This document shows positions 46,501 through 59,134 of a DNA stretch of 64,000 nucleotides, one piece after another. A program made the translations under genes and the position numbers. This DNA is from Neophaeotheca triangularis (lineage: Eukaryota): the NCBI GenBank assembly GCA_054600435.1, contig BAAIJX010000008.1, forward strand, positions 434,001 to 498,000. Direction: 5' to 3'. Every line of letters starts with the position of its first letter. The first letter of the stretch is position 1. The notes under the pieces were generated by a model, which saw nothing but the letters and a program-made list of their open reading frames with translations, did not search any database and was not told where the DNA came from.

Positions 46501-49500
46501 ACCCGTTATGTATATTGCTCATAGACTTTTAGATCTAAGAACTCGCTCTATCGGCACCTATATACTAAGTATAGCTCCCCCTAGTCTTTAGGTATAGAGT
46601 CTACCTAACTAGCCGACTCTTCCGCTACCCCGACAGACCTAGTTACTAAGCGCGCTAGGGAATACACTGTCGTCAAATCTATAGCGTAAGTAGTAGACTT
46701 CTAAGGCTATATGTTTAGAAACTACTTTTACCTTAGAATGATGATCTAACTAACCCTAAGTGGTTAAGACTACTCTATCTGTCTAGACACGGGCGCTACC
46801 GTGTCGATAATAGACGCTATATTTCTTTCATAGTAGCTCCCTAATATTCCCCGGTTAAAGTCTAAGGTCCCGTTTTAAGTATAGGGAGTTAGAAAGAAGC
46901 TAGAGACATGTACTAAATACATTATACTTACCTTCTAGACACTCGCTAAGCGTAGTACTAGTCGAGTACTCTATAAGATAACTTACGAAGTTTATGTCAT
47001 CGATAGGTTAAAGCTACTCATACTAATATCGATAGACATTACTATACCCGAGCTATTTAAGATTAATATCCCCTATAAGCTCCTTAAGATAGGGGCATGC
47101 TAATACACGAAGGCCCCCCTCCTCATTAGGCCTTACGACTCTCTAAGAGTAGCTATTACCGTCAAAACACTAAACAAGATTATTATATCTCCGAGATCAC
47201 TAGCTAAGGTCCTAGTTACCCTACCCGAGCTACTAGTTAACTAGGATTTCGGTTTCGCCCCCCTTAACCTACTAGGTAGTCTTATAGGATATAAGTATAT
47301 AGTTAACGTACACCTCACTTTTGTCATGGTACGAAACGACTCCTACTCCCCTATAGCTATCCTAGTAGGCTACTAAATAGGCTAGCTAGCTAAGTAGGAA
47401 GAGGAAGATAGGTATTATATTGACCTAGAAGACTACTACCTAGCTAGACTCCTACCTAAGACTATTTTCAAGGGTCTACTAGATACCGAGTAGAACATGC
47501 TCGATAATAGCATTACGGTCTATAGTAATGAGAACTAGCTCTATAGACTCTAAGCATTAGTGACACAATTTTCAAGCCTTTTCGTTAATAAAGGCTAGAT
47601 AGTAGACATCCCGGAGTCCCATTTTATGCTAATCTATTTAAAAGATAGCTAGGATAAAGAAAAACTCTCCTCTAAAAGCTATAACCTTAGCATGACAGAC
47701 TGCGAGGTCATTAACAAGGTTTTTAATAAGCTCTATATATCGGGCAAAATGGAGTACTCGAGAGGCTATACCGCTTTTAGTTTCCTAGTGTTTGTAGTCT
47801 AGAAGACTATTTACACTAATAGTAAGCTAGTAAGGAAAGGTCGTGCTGTCGTTAATATCCATAGTTTGAACAAGGTTATAGTTAAGGACAGTTACCCCTT
47901 CCTACTATAGGAGGATTTGCTCTAAGTAACTCGAGGAGCCTCCGTTATTTCAGTAATAGACACTATTACTTTTTTCTACTAATAGCTAGTATGCCTAGAA
48001 GACCGCTATAAGCTCGCTGTCAACTCCTACTAAGGACAGGAAATTTTCAAGGTAGCGATTATAGGTTTTAAGAACTCTATAGCCTATGTTTAATAGGAGC
48101 TAGACAATATACTATAGGAGCTTCGCCCATTCTATAGGGCCTATATCGACGACATCATGGTTTTCTCTACCTTATTAGACGAGCACGTTACCTACTTATA
48201 AAGTCTTTTCGAAGTCCTCGCCTAGTACCGAGTCAGTCTTAGCCTAATAAAGACTTTTTTAGGTTTCCCCTCTATGTCGTTACTAGGTCAGCACATTAGT
48301 GGGCTCGGCCTAGCGACCTATGAGGATAAAGTTAGAGCTATTCTCGACCTCCGTTTCCTGAGAATGCTAAAGGAGCTTAAAAAGTACCTTAGATTGACTA
48401 GCTAGTTAAGGTCATCAATCCCCTACTATACGTAAATAACTTAGCCGCTCTAACACCTAAAAACCGAGCTACTTTAGGGAGGCCCCATTAAGGGTAATGC
48501 CTAGCGCTACTATACGGACAAGACGGTAGTGAGCCTAGATAGCGATATGGTCCGCGAACTAGCCTATAAGGCATATTACACGCTCTAAGAAATCTTCCGT
48601 AGGACGCCTTTCCTTTACTACCTAGACCTAGGCTACTAGCTCTATATTAATATAGATATATTGAAGGAGTTCGGTTTTAGTATAGTCGTGTACATAGTAG
48701 CTAGCGACCCTAACCCGGTTATAGAGGGCAATAAGGCTGTCTATTTTATGCATAAAGACATATAACCTATAGCTTTCCTTAGTAAAGGATTGACTACTAT
48801 AGAAGTAAACTACTAGCCTACTAAACTAGAAATGGCTAGGCTAGTGTAAGTACTTAGAAAAGCGAGACATCTTATATAATCCGTGCCCTAGTAGACAGTA
48901 GTGTTTATAGACCACGTAGCGGTAACCGGCATTACTACATAACATAGCCTAACGACTACTATAGCTACTAATAGGCTTAACCTTCGTCTTATTAGAGTAG
49001 GGTAATACCTGTCCTAATTTTCCCTAGATATTAGGTACTGACTAGGCTATATACATATAGTCCTAGATGCCCTAAGTAGACTCCTTAGCGATATGACGAC
49101 CCTAGTAGAGACCCTAGACGCTAACACCCTCGACCCTATAGGTTACGAGGAGGCTTATTATGCTATTTATGACTTCGAGGGTAGGTAGGCTTACTAAATC
49201 CCTACCCATAATACTAATTAGGAACTGCTCGCTTTTTATACCTCCTTAGTTAAGCTTAACGATAACTTTAAGAGCGAACTACTCGACGCTTATAAGTAGG
49301 ACTCTTTCTAGGCCTTACGCTTAGAGTAACTACTTGATTAGGAGAAACGCCATTAATAAGAGGCCGTACACCCTACTACGATAAGCGAGCCCCTCCGGTA
49401 TACTAACACACTACCGGTTTTTCTAGTAGATGTCGAGCCCGTTAACCTAGACGAAGTCGCGGGTAAGCCCGAGTCTATACCCCTCGGGTTAAAATTTTTC

Positions 49501-51614
49501 CTTAGGTAAGGTCTTATATATTTCAAAGATTAAGAGGACGGACGAGAGCGCCTCTATATCCCTAAGGCACTTTTTAAAGAGGTCTTCAAGATAGCCTATA
49601 ACGATTACTACTATATAGGTTTTTTCAGATCCTATACTCGCCTCTAGTCGAGTTTCTACATCCGAAGACTACTAGACGAGCTACGCTATTACATTACCTA
49701 TTGTCCGGACTATAATGTATACTAGACTTTATAGTACTACCTACTAGGGGAGCTCTAACCGACCTAGACAAGGCTAATTCCTTACTATACCTAGATAGCG
49801 GATTAGGTAATTAGCCTTCTACTAACTATAGAAGGTTTCGACGCCATACTAACTATTACCGATCGTTTCTCCAAGAAAATTCTCTTAGTATAGGGCAAGA
49901 ATGAATAGTTAGTAGAGGAGTGGGCTACTATGTAGCTCGACGCACTATAGGTAGTAGAATAGAACATACCTACTATACTAATAGGTAATAGAGATAGGCT
50001 ATAGCTATCTACTTTCTAGAAGGGACTTTTCCGGAAGCTTAGAACGAGATTTTTAGCCTCGACCGCCTATTACCCCTAGACAGACAGGTAATTAGAGCGA
50101 ACTAACTAAACGGTAGAAATAGCTCTACGATTCTTCGTTAATATGAACCTAGACTACCCCTAGGATGTAGTACTATCACACATCTAGTCTACCCTAAACA
50201 ACGTACGGAACGCTATAACTAATAAGATCCCGAACGTTATTATCTAGGGCTTCAAGACAAATCTTAACGCCCTTAACCCCCTAGTCGAGCTCCTACCTTC
50301 TTAGTATGCCGCGCTATAATAGATAACATAGGACTAGGCATTAGACTCGTTAGTACTAGTAGCTACTATAATGAAGGATCGATATGACTACGCGTATAAA
50401 CTAGTCTATTTCTATATAGGGTAGAAAGTTTTGCTTAGACTCTAGAAAGGTTACTCTATACCCGGCCTAATGCCCCAAAAATTAGCTATATAGCGAGTAG
50501 GCCCTTTTAAGGTAACTAAGGTCATGGGGAGACTCGCTTACTAGCTAGACTTACTAAGTAGTTAGAAGATGTACCTAGTGATATCGATCGCCTAACTCGA
50601 GCTAGTACTAGCTATACCGGACCTATATAGGTAAGAGCTAGTAGAGCTAGGGCTAGTATATATAGATAACAATAGCGTTAACGTGTATTAGATCGAACGA
50701 CTCCTTACCTATCGAGTTAGGAAGTAAGGAGGAAAAGACGTCAAATAGTACTTAGTTAAGTAGGAATCTTAGGGACCAGCGCACAATACATAGTATGACG
50801 TAGACGACCTCGCTAACGTAAAAGAGTTAGTTGAGAATTACGAACACAACTACCCCGGGACGTAGGGGGATATAAATGTTCGCCGCTAGAAGACACGCTA
50901 GTAAACCACTATAACATGAACGTCTACGTTAGTCCTAGACCCCGCGGCGTAACCCTTACTAGCTCTAGCGCGGGATTCTATCGTTAGCGTAGCCCGGCCT
51001 ATATACCGTTTAGTACCGTGTCTACCGCGAGTCTTAAGGACAGCTAAGAGTCTACTAGACACGCTAAGACGAGCGCTAAGTCTACTAGTTAGGTAGACTT
51101 TATCAAGTCTCTTAGACTTAGGCTAGACTCCCTCCCTACTAAATGACCGTCGTTAACGGCTACAGCTAGTTCTCTAAAGAATAGGAGACGAGGTATGAAG
51201 GTAAGCTCATAGAGCTACTACTCGTGCCTACTAAGACTCTTAAACACCTATAGGTATTTCTAATACCGAGCGTGTCGACTATCCTTATCTTTTATTAGTA
51301 GCGCGTGGGTCTCTACGGCAATAAGTGACGTGTTACCGATATAGGCTTAGTAGAAGAGTCTAGAAACACCTCTTCACTTCCGCTTTTAGTAGTATTAACA
51401 ACACTTTCTCAGTCTACTTTACTCCGCGCCTATACACCCTCTAACTCCTTTCTTTTCACAGACTAACATCACTAACACCTTTCGACCCTATATAAGAAGT
51501 ATACTAGATTAAACGTGAAGCTCTACCTACTAATACACTACCTCCTATTACCTCCACTTCACCGGTCGTCATTACTAACGACTCGTATAACTCCTAAACG
51601 CTAGAGGTTGTCGA

Positions 51615-52057
51615 TGTTACGGGATTTCCCGAACACAGGATTTCATTGGTTAGTATAGAAGGATCAAGAGCCAAGGAACGCAGCGTCTCGACAAAACGCG
51701 GTCGAGCTGCATCCTGACCACACTTCGGCCGAAGACTCATGCCATGTCTCGCTCAGCTCGCGTCGAGACAGTCGACCTCGCTCGACTACTCGACAGGCGA
51801 GATGGCGAGCAGAAATCGACTATCTCGAGAACGAGACAGTCGAGACACACGAATCTCCTTTATATTTAGGTAGCGACATTTCCTAGATAGAGATTTGTGT
51901 TCAACTCATGTTACAATCTTACTAAAAGGTCTATAGCGATACTTCACGTATCTTTGAAATCCTTACGACAAAGGAAACACCCTTACTAGCCTTCTACGAT
52001 ATCTCTCCTCTTCCGCTACGAGCTCTACCCGTAAGACTACCTTGTAGGATCGTAACA
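51615..52057 (+). repeat. 5' LTR of element B
   Basis: TGTTAC...GTAACA, 443 bp, TATA-like TATATTTA at ~51861. Confidence 0.97.
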
Positions 52058-52098
52058 CTTTAAACACCCTCTAAGAAAGAGAGATCAATAAGGCAAGT

Positions 52099-54318
52099 AT
52101 GTCCCTATCCGATAACCGAGACGTAAGCGTCGCCAGCACTTAACGAGGAGTATCGACTATAACAACTAACAAGGTTACCAAACCGGACTACTTCTATAGC
52201 GAACGCAACAAGCTAGACGACTAGGTTAACCAGATGATGATGTTCTTTCTTATAGAGAGCGTCAGTGAGCAGAAGCAACCTCTCACTACTACTTCTTTCC
52301 TTCGAGGAGAAGCTTAACACTAGATCCGCCCTAAGCTTACGGATTTCCTTATAGAACGAACTGACCCCGAAGGACTATTCTCGAACTAGAAGTCTTTTAT
52401 TAAGGTCATCCGCAACGTCTATAGATTGAGCAACGATCGACAAGTTGCTATCCGAATGATTTAGTACCTCACGTAGAAAACGTCTGCCTCTTAGTATACT
52501 ACCAAGTTTCAGGAGCACTTAGCCAAGACTAACTAGGACGACAACGCTCTCATGACTATGTACTATCGAGGACTTAAGGACAACGTAAAGGACGAACTCA
52601 TGCGCTACGGAGGCGATTAGTTAACTCTCCCCAGTATAATCAAATCAGCGATCGAGGTTAATAACGCTCTCTACGAACGGTTTATAGAAAAACGCCACAC
52701 TGGACAATTTCGCGGACGAACTAGCTATACTACCGGCAGCCGGCCTGTCGGTTAGCAACGTCGCAATCCTAATACGATAGAACTCGACTCCACGTAACAG
52801 CGTCCTAGGAAAAGCAGGGATAGAGGACAGGGCAAACAGAACGCCCTAGGCAAGAAACGGAACGGACCGGAATACTATAACTGCTATAAGATAGGGCACT
52901 ATGCACGAGACTGCCGTGGGAAATAGATATGCCTACGACAGGAGGTTAATGCGATTTTGACCCGACAGGACAATGACTCTCCTACCGATAAGAGCCGTAG
53001 AGCTTATGACATCACCGGAACCCACGAAGAACCGGAGCACGACGAACTTCACTAGAGGTTTTACAAGAGGGATTACTGTTTAGTGCACAAAAGTTAGGGA
53101 CTAGTAACCAATGGAATACCCATCAGACCTTAGAAGGAAGTGAACATCATCGAACGAGTTACCCTAAAGTCTAGAATAGACGCGCTAATCGAGCAATACT
53201 AGAAACTCAGGGAGTTTCACGATAACTTAGTTAGTTATAAGGAGTAGACTGAAGAACACTTTAACCTCATGATCTAAGTAGCCGATTAAATAGCAGATCT
53301 CAACAACAGGATTAAGGCCACAGTAGACAAAGAATCTAAGCAACTACGCAAGCCTTAGAAGGAACTCAACATGATGTCAAGACGCTAACCACTACAGCAG
53401 TCAAGGGACGACGGCAACGCAGCCCGAGGAAGGTCCCCACCTCCATTTACATAGGAGGACGACAAACTACAAGAAAACCAAGCACTATCACCGATGATGG
53501 CACCACTAACACCCGACTCGGACAACGAAGAAATATCTCAGATACCGGAACTCACTACGATCGTACCAACACCGGAGATTAGCCCTTTGAGACTATCGAT
53601 GCCTCTAGAAATTCTAGAATCGCAAGAAGATATGACAGTGACAGATTCCGAAGACGACTCTGAATACGAATACACCGACGACGAAGAACCCGACGACAAC
53701 GATACCTTAGAGTTCATTATAGAAGGACCCGCACTAATCAAGAAGATGGTCACCCACATCGCACGATTGTATGAAGAAGTGTTCCCAAGGATCCAAGGCA
53801 AACGACGCTTGGAACCCAATCAATTCGAAGCCATGCTCACGCGACTACGAGCAATGTTCTAGGACTACCGAAAGGTCGCCGTTAAGTATGACGCTGCCAC
53901 CTTTATCTAGGATAGGCCACTAATGGGAAGCACTTTCCACGGAGAAAACGGCTACATTACGCCAGATGGGATACAGATCCTATACACGATGAGACAACGA
54001 GTCAAGACAGTCAAGAATCGTTACAGAGAATTCTAGCTCATCTAGGAGCAGTGGAGAGAAGAAGAAATTACGCTATAAGAAATGAAGAAACAAGCATAGG
54101 ATTCCTTGGACTAATGGACGATAGTACCACGTGAAAAATTTCTACTACTAGTCGACCGCAAGATGATCCTCGGACACGTTAAAGTAACCACACGAGGACC
54201 CATCACCACACACGCAATCCAAGGAAAAGTCACGATTAAACCTCGGGACAGACCCCTTTACTAGGAAGTCTCTCTCGAGACAGCGGATTCATCCACCTAC
54301 TTCTCAAAAAACGAATAG
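52099..54318 (+). pseudogene. gag of element B (RIP stops), with a long post-knuckle extension
   Basis: ATG 52099; KPDYF.SER..LDD(W), MYYRGLKDNVKDEL and GHYARDC; ends F-S-K-N-E-stop. The 53494-53862 ORF is a surviving piece of this frame. Confidence 0.85.
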
Positions 54319-57300
54319 GACCTATCGCTAAGAGCGAGCGTTAGGAACTGAACAACACAAATGCTCAACACGAAATAGCATCAGGAACGGTCTTCCGAAC
54401 AACATGTACTGTCGACAGATACGAAACCTTTACTATGATAGATTCCGGAGCTAGCGGAAACTTTATCTCGGAAACATTCGTACGTCAGCATAGGCTAGCT
54501 ACCTAGAAGAAAACAGATAGCAGGTACGAACTGATAGCCGTAGATAGCTTATCACTACCCGACGTGGATAGCGAAACAGTACCGCTACCACTTGTCTTCT
54601 AAGAGCATCATGAGCGAATTGTCCTGGACGTTATACCTATAGCTAGACATGACGTCGTTCTAGGCACTCCTTGGTTAGAACGACACAATCCTATAGTAGA
54701 TTGGAGAAAACGAGTACTCACATTCGACAGGTGTAGTTACGTCACTACAACCTACCCTGCGCGCCGGCAGCGATCGACGGCAGATGAGAGAAGGCAGATC
54801 AATGAAACATATCGCCAATCGACCACGATACCAATACGAATTGGATCGGACTCCACAGATACCGAACTAGCCTAAACGGACTAACAAGTAAGAGTTGAGG
54901 AAGGAAGTCACGCACCTTCGGATATCCCTAGAGAATTCAGGAAATAGAAGCGCCTTTTCTAGGAAGAGGAAGGAGCAGCCGCTCTGCCTAGACATCAACT
55001 ATAGGACCACCGAATCGACATTTAGCCCGGTGCGAAAATACCATGGGGGCCACTTTATGCGCTATCCGAAAAAGAGCTCGAAGAGTAACGACAATGGCTA
55101 GATGAAAAAATGAAGAAAGGATAGATTCGACCCTCCACTTCATCAGCCGCTTCACTACCGTTTTTCGTTCCGAAGAAAGGAGGAAAACTACGAATGGTTA
55201 TCGATTTCAGACGACTTAATGCGATCACCACAAAAAACCGTTATCCACTGCCTAACATCGACGAGATAAGAGATCGACTCACCGGTTCACACTAGTTCAC
55301 CAAAATCGATCTCCGAGATGCATTCTATTCAGTCAGAATAGCAAGGGGGGAAGAGTGGAAAACAGCTTTTCGAACGCGCTACGGACTTTACGAATTCCAA
55401 GTCATGCCTATAGGACTTATGAACGCCCTAGCAACCTGTCAACAACTCGTCAACGACATCCTGCGAGACCTACTCGATATTACTGTCATCGCTTACATCG
55501 ACGACATATTAGTCTTCACGAAAGGATCACGAGAACAACATACTAAAGACGTACACGCCGTGTTCGAACGACTCGATAAGGTAGACTTCAGGACAGCACT
55601 AGAGAAGTGCGAGTTCTACAAAAAGGAAGTCGACTTTCTAGGCTTTATGATTAGCACTACCGGGATCTGAATAGACCCGAAGAAAACTCAATCGATCGAG
55701 GAATGGCCGACACCTAAGTCAGTTAAGGACATTCAAGCATTCCTTAGACTAGCTAACTACAATTAGAAATTCGTGCAGGATTATTCAAGGCTCGCTATGC
55801 CTCTAACTAATCTCACGAAGAAAGACACACCATTCGTATAGGGAAAGATTTAACAACAATCCTTCGATAAGCTTAAGGAGTCATACACGACTACCCCTAC
55901 GCTTAGGATGTTTGACCCTAAGAGACCTATCCAAATCGAAACCGATGCCTCCGACAGAGCAATAAGAGCTTACCTCACGTAGGAGGTTGAAAGCAAACGA
56001 CACCCTATCGCCTACTTCTCAAGGAAGATGTCACTAGCGGAACAGAATTACGAGATCTACGACAAAGAACTGCTCGCAATTATTACAGCATTGCGATACT
56101 AGAGAGTGTACTATGAAGGAGCAACCGGACTAACTATTTACTCGGATCATAAGAACCTACAATACTTCATAACTACTAAGGAACTGTTATGCCGACAATG
56201 CAGATAGTTAGAGCTACTCGGACAATATAAGTTCGACATAGTCTACACTCCTGGAAAAGACAATAGGCGCGCTGACGCGTTAAGCAGAAGAAGCGACTAC
56301 ATGGAAGGGCACCTTCTATAGCAACACCGCATACTAAAGGTTAATAAGGACGGAAGCCTAAGCGCTAACCCTTAGGAATTTAACTCAGTACTACGAGTAC
56401 TTAGGGATGATACCGAAGAATTCCCTATCGAGTATAGGAAGTTCAGGGTTCTAAACGAAAAGGAACGCCAGTACATCTAGGACTACCATGATGGACCCAC
56501 TAACGGACATCCAGGAATCGCTAGAACAGTAGAACACATCAGACGCAACTTCGTGTTTCCCGGAATGAGACAGAAGGTCTCAGAGTACATCAAGAAGTGT
56601 ACGAGCTACTAACAAAACAAAGCTTCAAGACACGCTAAATATGGAAACCTACAATTCTAGGAGCTACTAGATCTACTATAGAACGAGGTCACAATAGATT
56701 TTATCGTCAAGTTACCAAGATCTAAGGACCCGTCAACAAGTAAGGACTACGATTCAATTCTAGTCATAGTCGATAGACTCACGAAGTATTCACATTTCGT
56801 TCCCTATAACGAGACAATCACTATAGAGGAACTCGGATACCTCGTTCTCGACAGATTAGTACGATACCACGGCATTCTAACGGTTCTAATTACGGACAGA
56901 GATAAGCTCTTCACATCCAACTACTAGAAGACCTTAATATCAGCGATAGGAGTGAAACACAAGCTCTCTACAGCATTTCACCCCAAAACCGATAGACAGA
57001 CAGAGCGCTCAAACTAATCCCTCGAAACGTATTTACGACATTATGTCAACTACGCTTAGGACAATTGGGTAGCGCTCTTACCTATAGCACAGCTCGCACT
57101 TAACAACAATGCCTTAGAGACAACAGGAATAACTCCGTTCTACGCAAACTTCGGAAAAGATCTAAACATGTTCATAGAACTAAAGCCAGGACCACTCGCG
57201 GAAAGAGCCCTATAAACGTCTTCGTAGCTGTAGGAAGCATACAAACAGGCGAAAGACAAAATCACACAGTCGTAACGGCGACTCGAGTCATAGAGATATA

Positions 57301-57740
57301 AGGACTCCAAAACGGCACCTCAGCTTAAGAAGGGGGATAAGGTGTACTTACTTACGAAAAACCTGAAGACAAGGAGACGAACACGAAAACTAGACCATAT
57401 CAAGGTCGGACCGTTTCTGGTTAAAGAACAAAGAGGAAAAGTCAACTACCTCCTCTAACTCCCGAGAGACGCTAGAGTCTATCCAGTATTCCATATATCC
57501 TTGCTCGAACTAGTAGACGCCAAAACACCTATCTAGGACACCTTCCACCACGATCTACTAGAGGAAGAAGCCGAATACGAGGTCGAAAAGATTCTAGACA
57601 AAGACAGTCAGAACTACCTCGTAAAGTGGAAAGGGTATCCCACAAGCGAAAACACTTAGGAACCTAAGGACAACTTACTTAACTACTAGAAGCTGTTATG
57701 ACAGTATCGCCAGGCAGGAAAGGGTCGGTCGCGTTGTTAA
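54306..57740 (+). pseudogene. pol of element B (PR-RT-RH-IN-chromo), -1 frame relative to gag
   Basis: Slippery A AAA AAC at 54306-54312. The protease-motif ATG at 54435 is in the -1 frame. Domain motifs are interrupted by RIP stops. Confidence 0.9.
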
Positions 57741-58176
57741 TGAAGTCTAGCGACGACTAGACAGTAGGAGAAAGACCTACGGTCGCATCCGTAGCAGGAC
57801 AATCCTCCGACTCCAGCTCTCCTAATACGTCTATCTCCGACATAAGACACTTAGCCTTACGGCGAGCACGCGCCTCAGCCTGATGAAGAATCGCTTTATT
57901 ACGCATCAACCGAGCCATAATACGAGCCAACTCCTCCTTATCCTTATCAACCTTTTTCTAGTATTCCTCCCGAGTACGATCCAGGGAAGCCCACGACAGA
58001 TTGACGCACGCCTTGCCCTAACGAACGCACTCTAAACATTTCAATCTAGAAGAACTCTCTATAGCGATGCAGTCGTGGCCAGAAGAAAAACAGCGATCAT
58101 AAGGGAACAGAACTAGGTGACCATTACGTTGAATCTCTTGAGCAAGACGAAGGCGGTTTTGTTTCGAGCGGGACAT
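57679..58176 (-). pseudogene. Antisense accessory ORF of element B: Zn(II)2Cys6-like cluster plus coiled coil
   Basis: MSRSKQNRLRLAQEIQRNG..P[Y<C]DRCFSSGHDCIA.ESSSRLKC.ECVR[*<Q]GKACVNLSWASLDRTREE...; 166 codons with three RIP-type TAG stops. Confidence 0.75.
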
Positions 58177-58266
58177 CGTAAGATGACGAGAGAAGAGAGA
58201 AGTAGGGAAAGGAGCTATTTACTAAGTTACGGACCGCTTAGGACAAGCGCCCTAAGAGAGGGATAG

Positions 58267-58709
58267 TATTACGGGATTTCCTAAACACAGGATTTCATTA
58301 GTTAGTATAGAAGGATTAAGAGCTAAGGAACGCAGCATCTCGACAAAACGCGGTCGAGCTACATCCTGACTACACTTCGGCCGAAGACTCATGCCATGTC
58401 TCGCTCAGCTCGCGTCGAGACAGTCGACCTCGCTCGACTACTCGACAGGCGAGATGGCGAGCAGAAATCGACTATCTCGAGAACGAGACAGTCGAGACAC
58501 ACGAATCTCCTTTATATTTAGGTAGCGACATTTCCTAGATAGAGATTTGTGTTCAACTCATGTTACAATCTTACTAAAAGGTCTACAGCGACACTTCACG
58601 TATCTTTGAAATCCTTACGACAAAGGAAACACCCTTACTAGCCTTCTACGATATCTCTCCTCTTCCGCTACGAGCTCTACCCGTGAGACTACCTTGTAGG
58701 ATCGCAACA
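58267..58709 (+). repeat. 3' LTR of element B
   Basis: T(A)TTAC...GCAACA, 443 bp, colinear with the 5' LTR; about 13 transition-only differences by eye. Confidence 0.97.
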
Positions 58710-59134
58710 GTCGACTTCGAAGAATAATAGCGTCAGCGAAAGTTCTGGTCACAATTCTAGCTAAACGAACTCGTAACGCTATAGCTTAGTTACCCTAGGT
58801 CGTATGAACTACGCCTAGTAGCCGAACCTTTTACTAAGGGTACTAAGTGGTTAAAGACTAACGTAGCTACCTTACTCTTTATAACTAACCCTAATTATGT
58901 CTTCACTTTCCGTACCTATAAGTATAGACTACATGTCTTAGCTAACAGTTTCACTCCTAAAGGGTAGTTCGATAAGGATTACCGTTTTCACACTCTTACT
59001 ACAGCCCTCTTCCACTCTAATATTTTCTACTAGGTAAAAGACAACGAACTCTACACACTAATAGAGCTCTCTAGTAGTATCCTTTTCTATTACCTCCTTA
59101 TCCTTTAAAGGGCCTCGTAGGCAGTTAAGTACAT

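Larger units (their letters stand above)
51615..58709 (+). mobile_element. Element B: full-length (7095 bp) Ty3/Gypsy chromovirus, Tf1/sushi-like, RIP-mutated
   Basis: Two 443-bp LTRs, TSD GTCGA at 51610-51614 and 58710-58714, and PPT AAGAGAGGGATAG at 58254-58266. Gag with CCHC knuckle ~52873-52915, protease MIDSGASGNF 54435, RT YIDDIL ~55494, RNase H ETDASD, integrase and chromodomain YEVEKIL..YLVKWKGY ~57575-57665. Confidence 0.97.
43600..59134 (+). mobile_element. Element A: RIP-inactivated Ty3/Gypsy chromovirus, interrupted by element B and truncated by element C
   Basis: C2H2-like finger ~46507-46575, protease CLDTGAT ~46779, RT YIDDI ~48142, RNase H, integrase H..H..CPDC ~49590-49715 and chromodomain YQIERL..YLVK(W) ~50690-50820. 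Sequence resumes after the TSD at 58710. Confidence 0.85.

Noticed and set aside
50862..50890. AGGGGGA followed by TGTT as PPT and 3' LTR start of element A
   Set aside because: The following sequence has no match upstream of A's gag within the window.
53494..55670. ORF-track hits at 53494, 54895, 55355 and 55404 as independent genes
   Set aside because: They are surviving gag/RT fragments between RIP stops, or off-frame noise.
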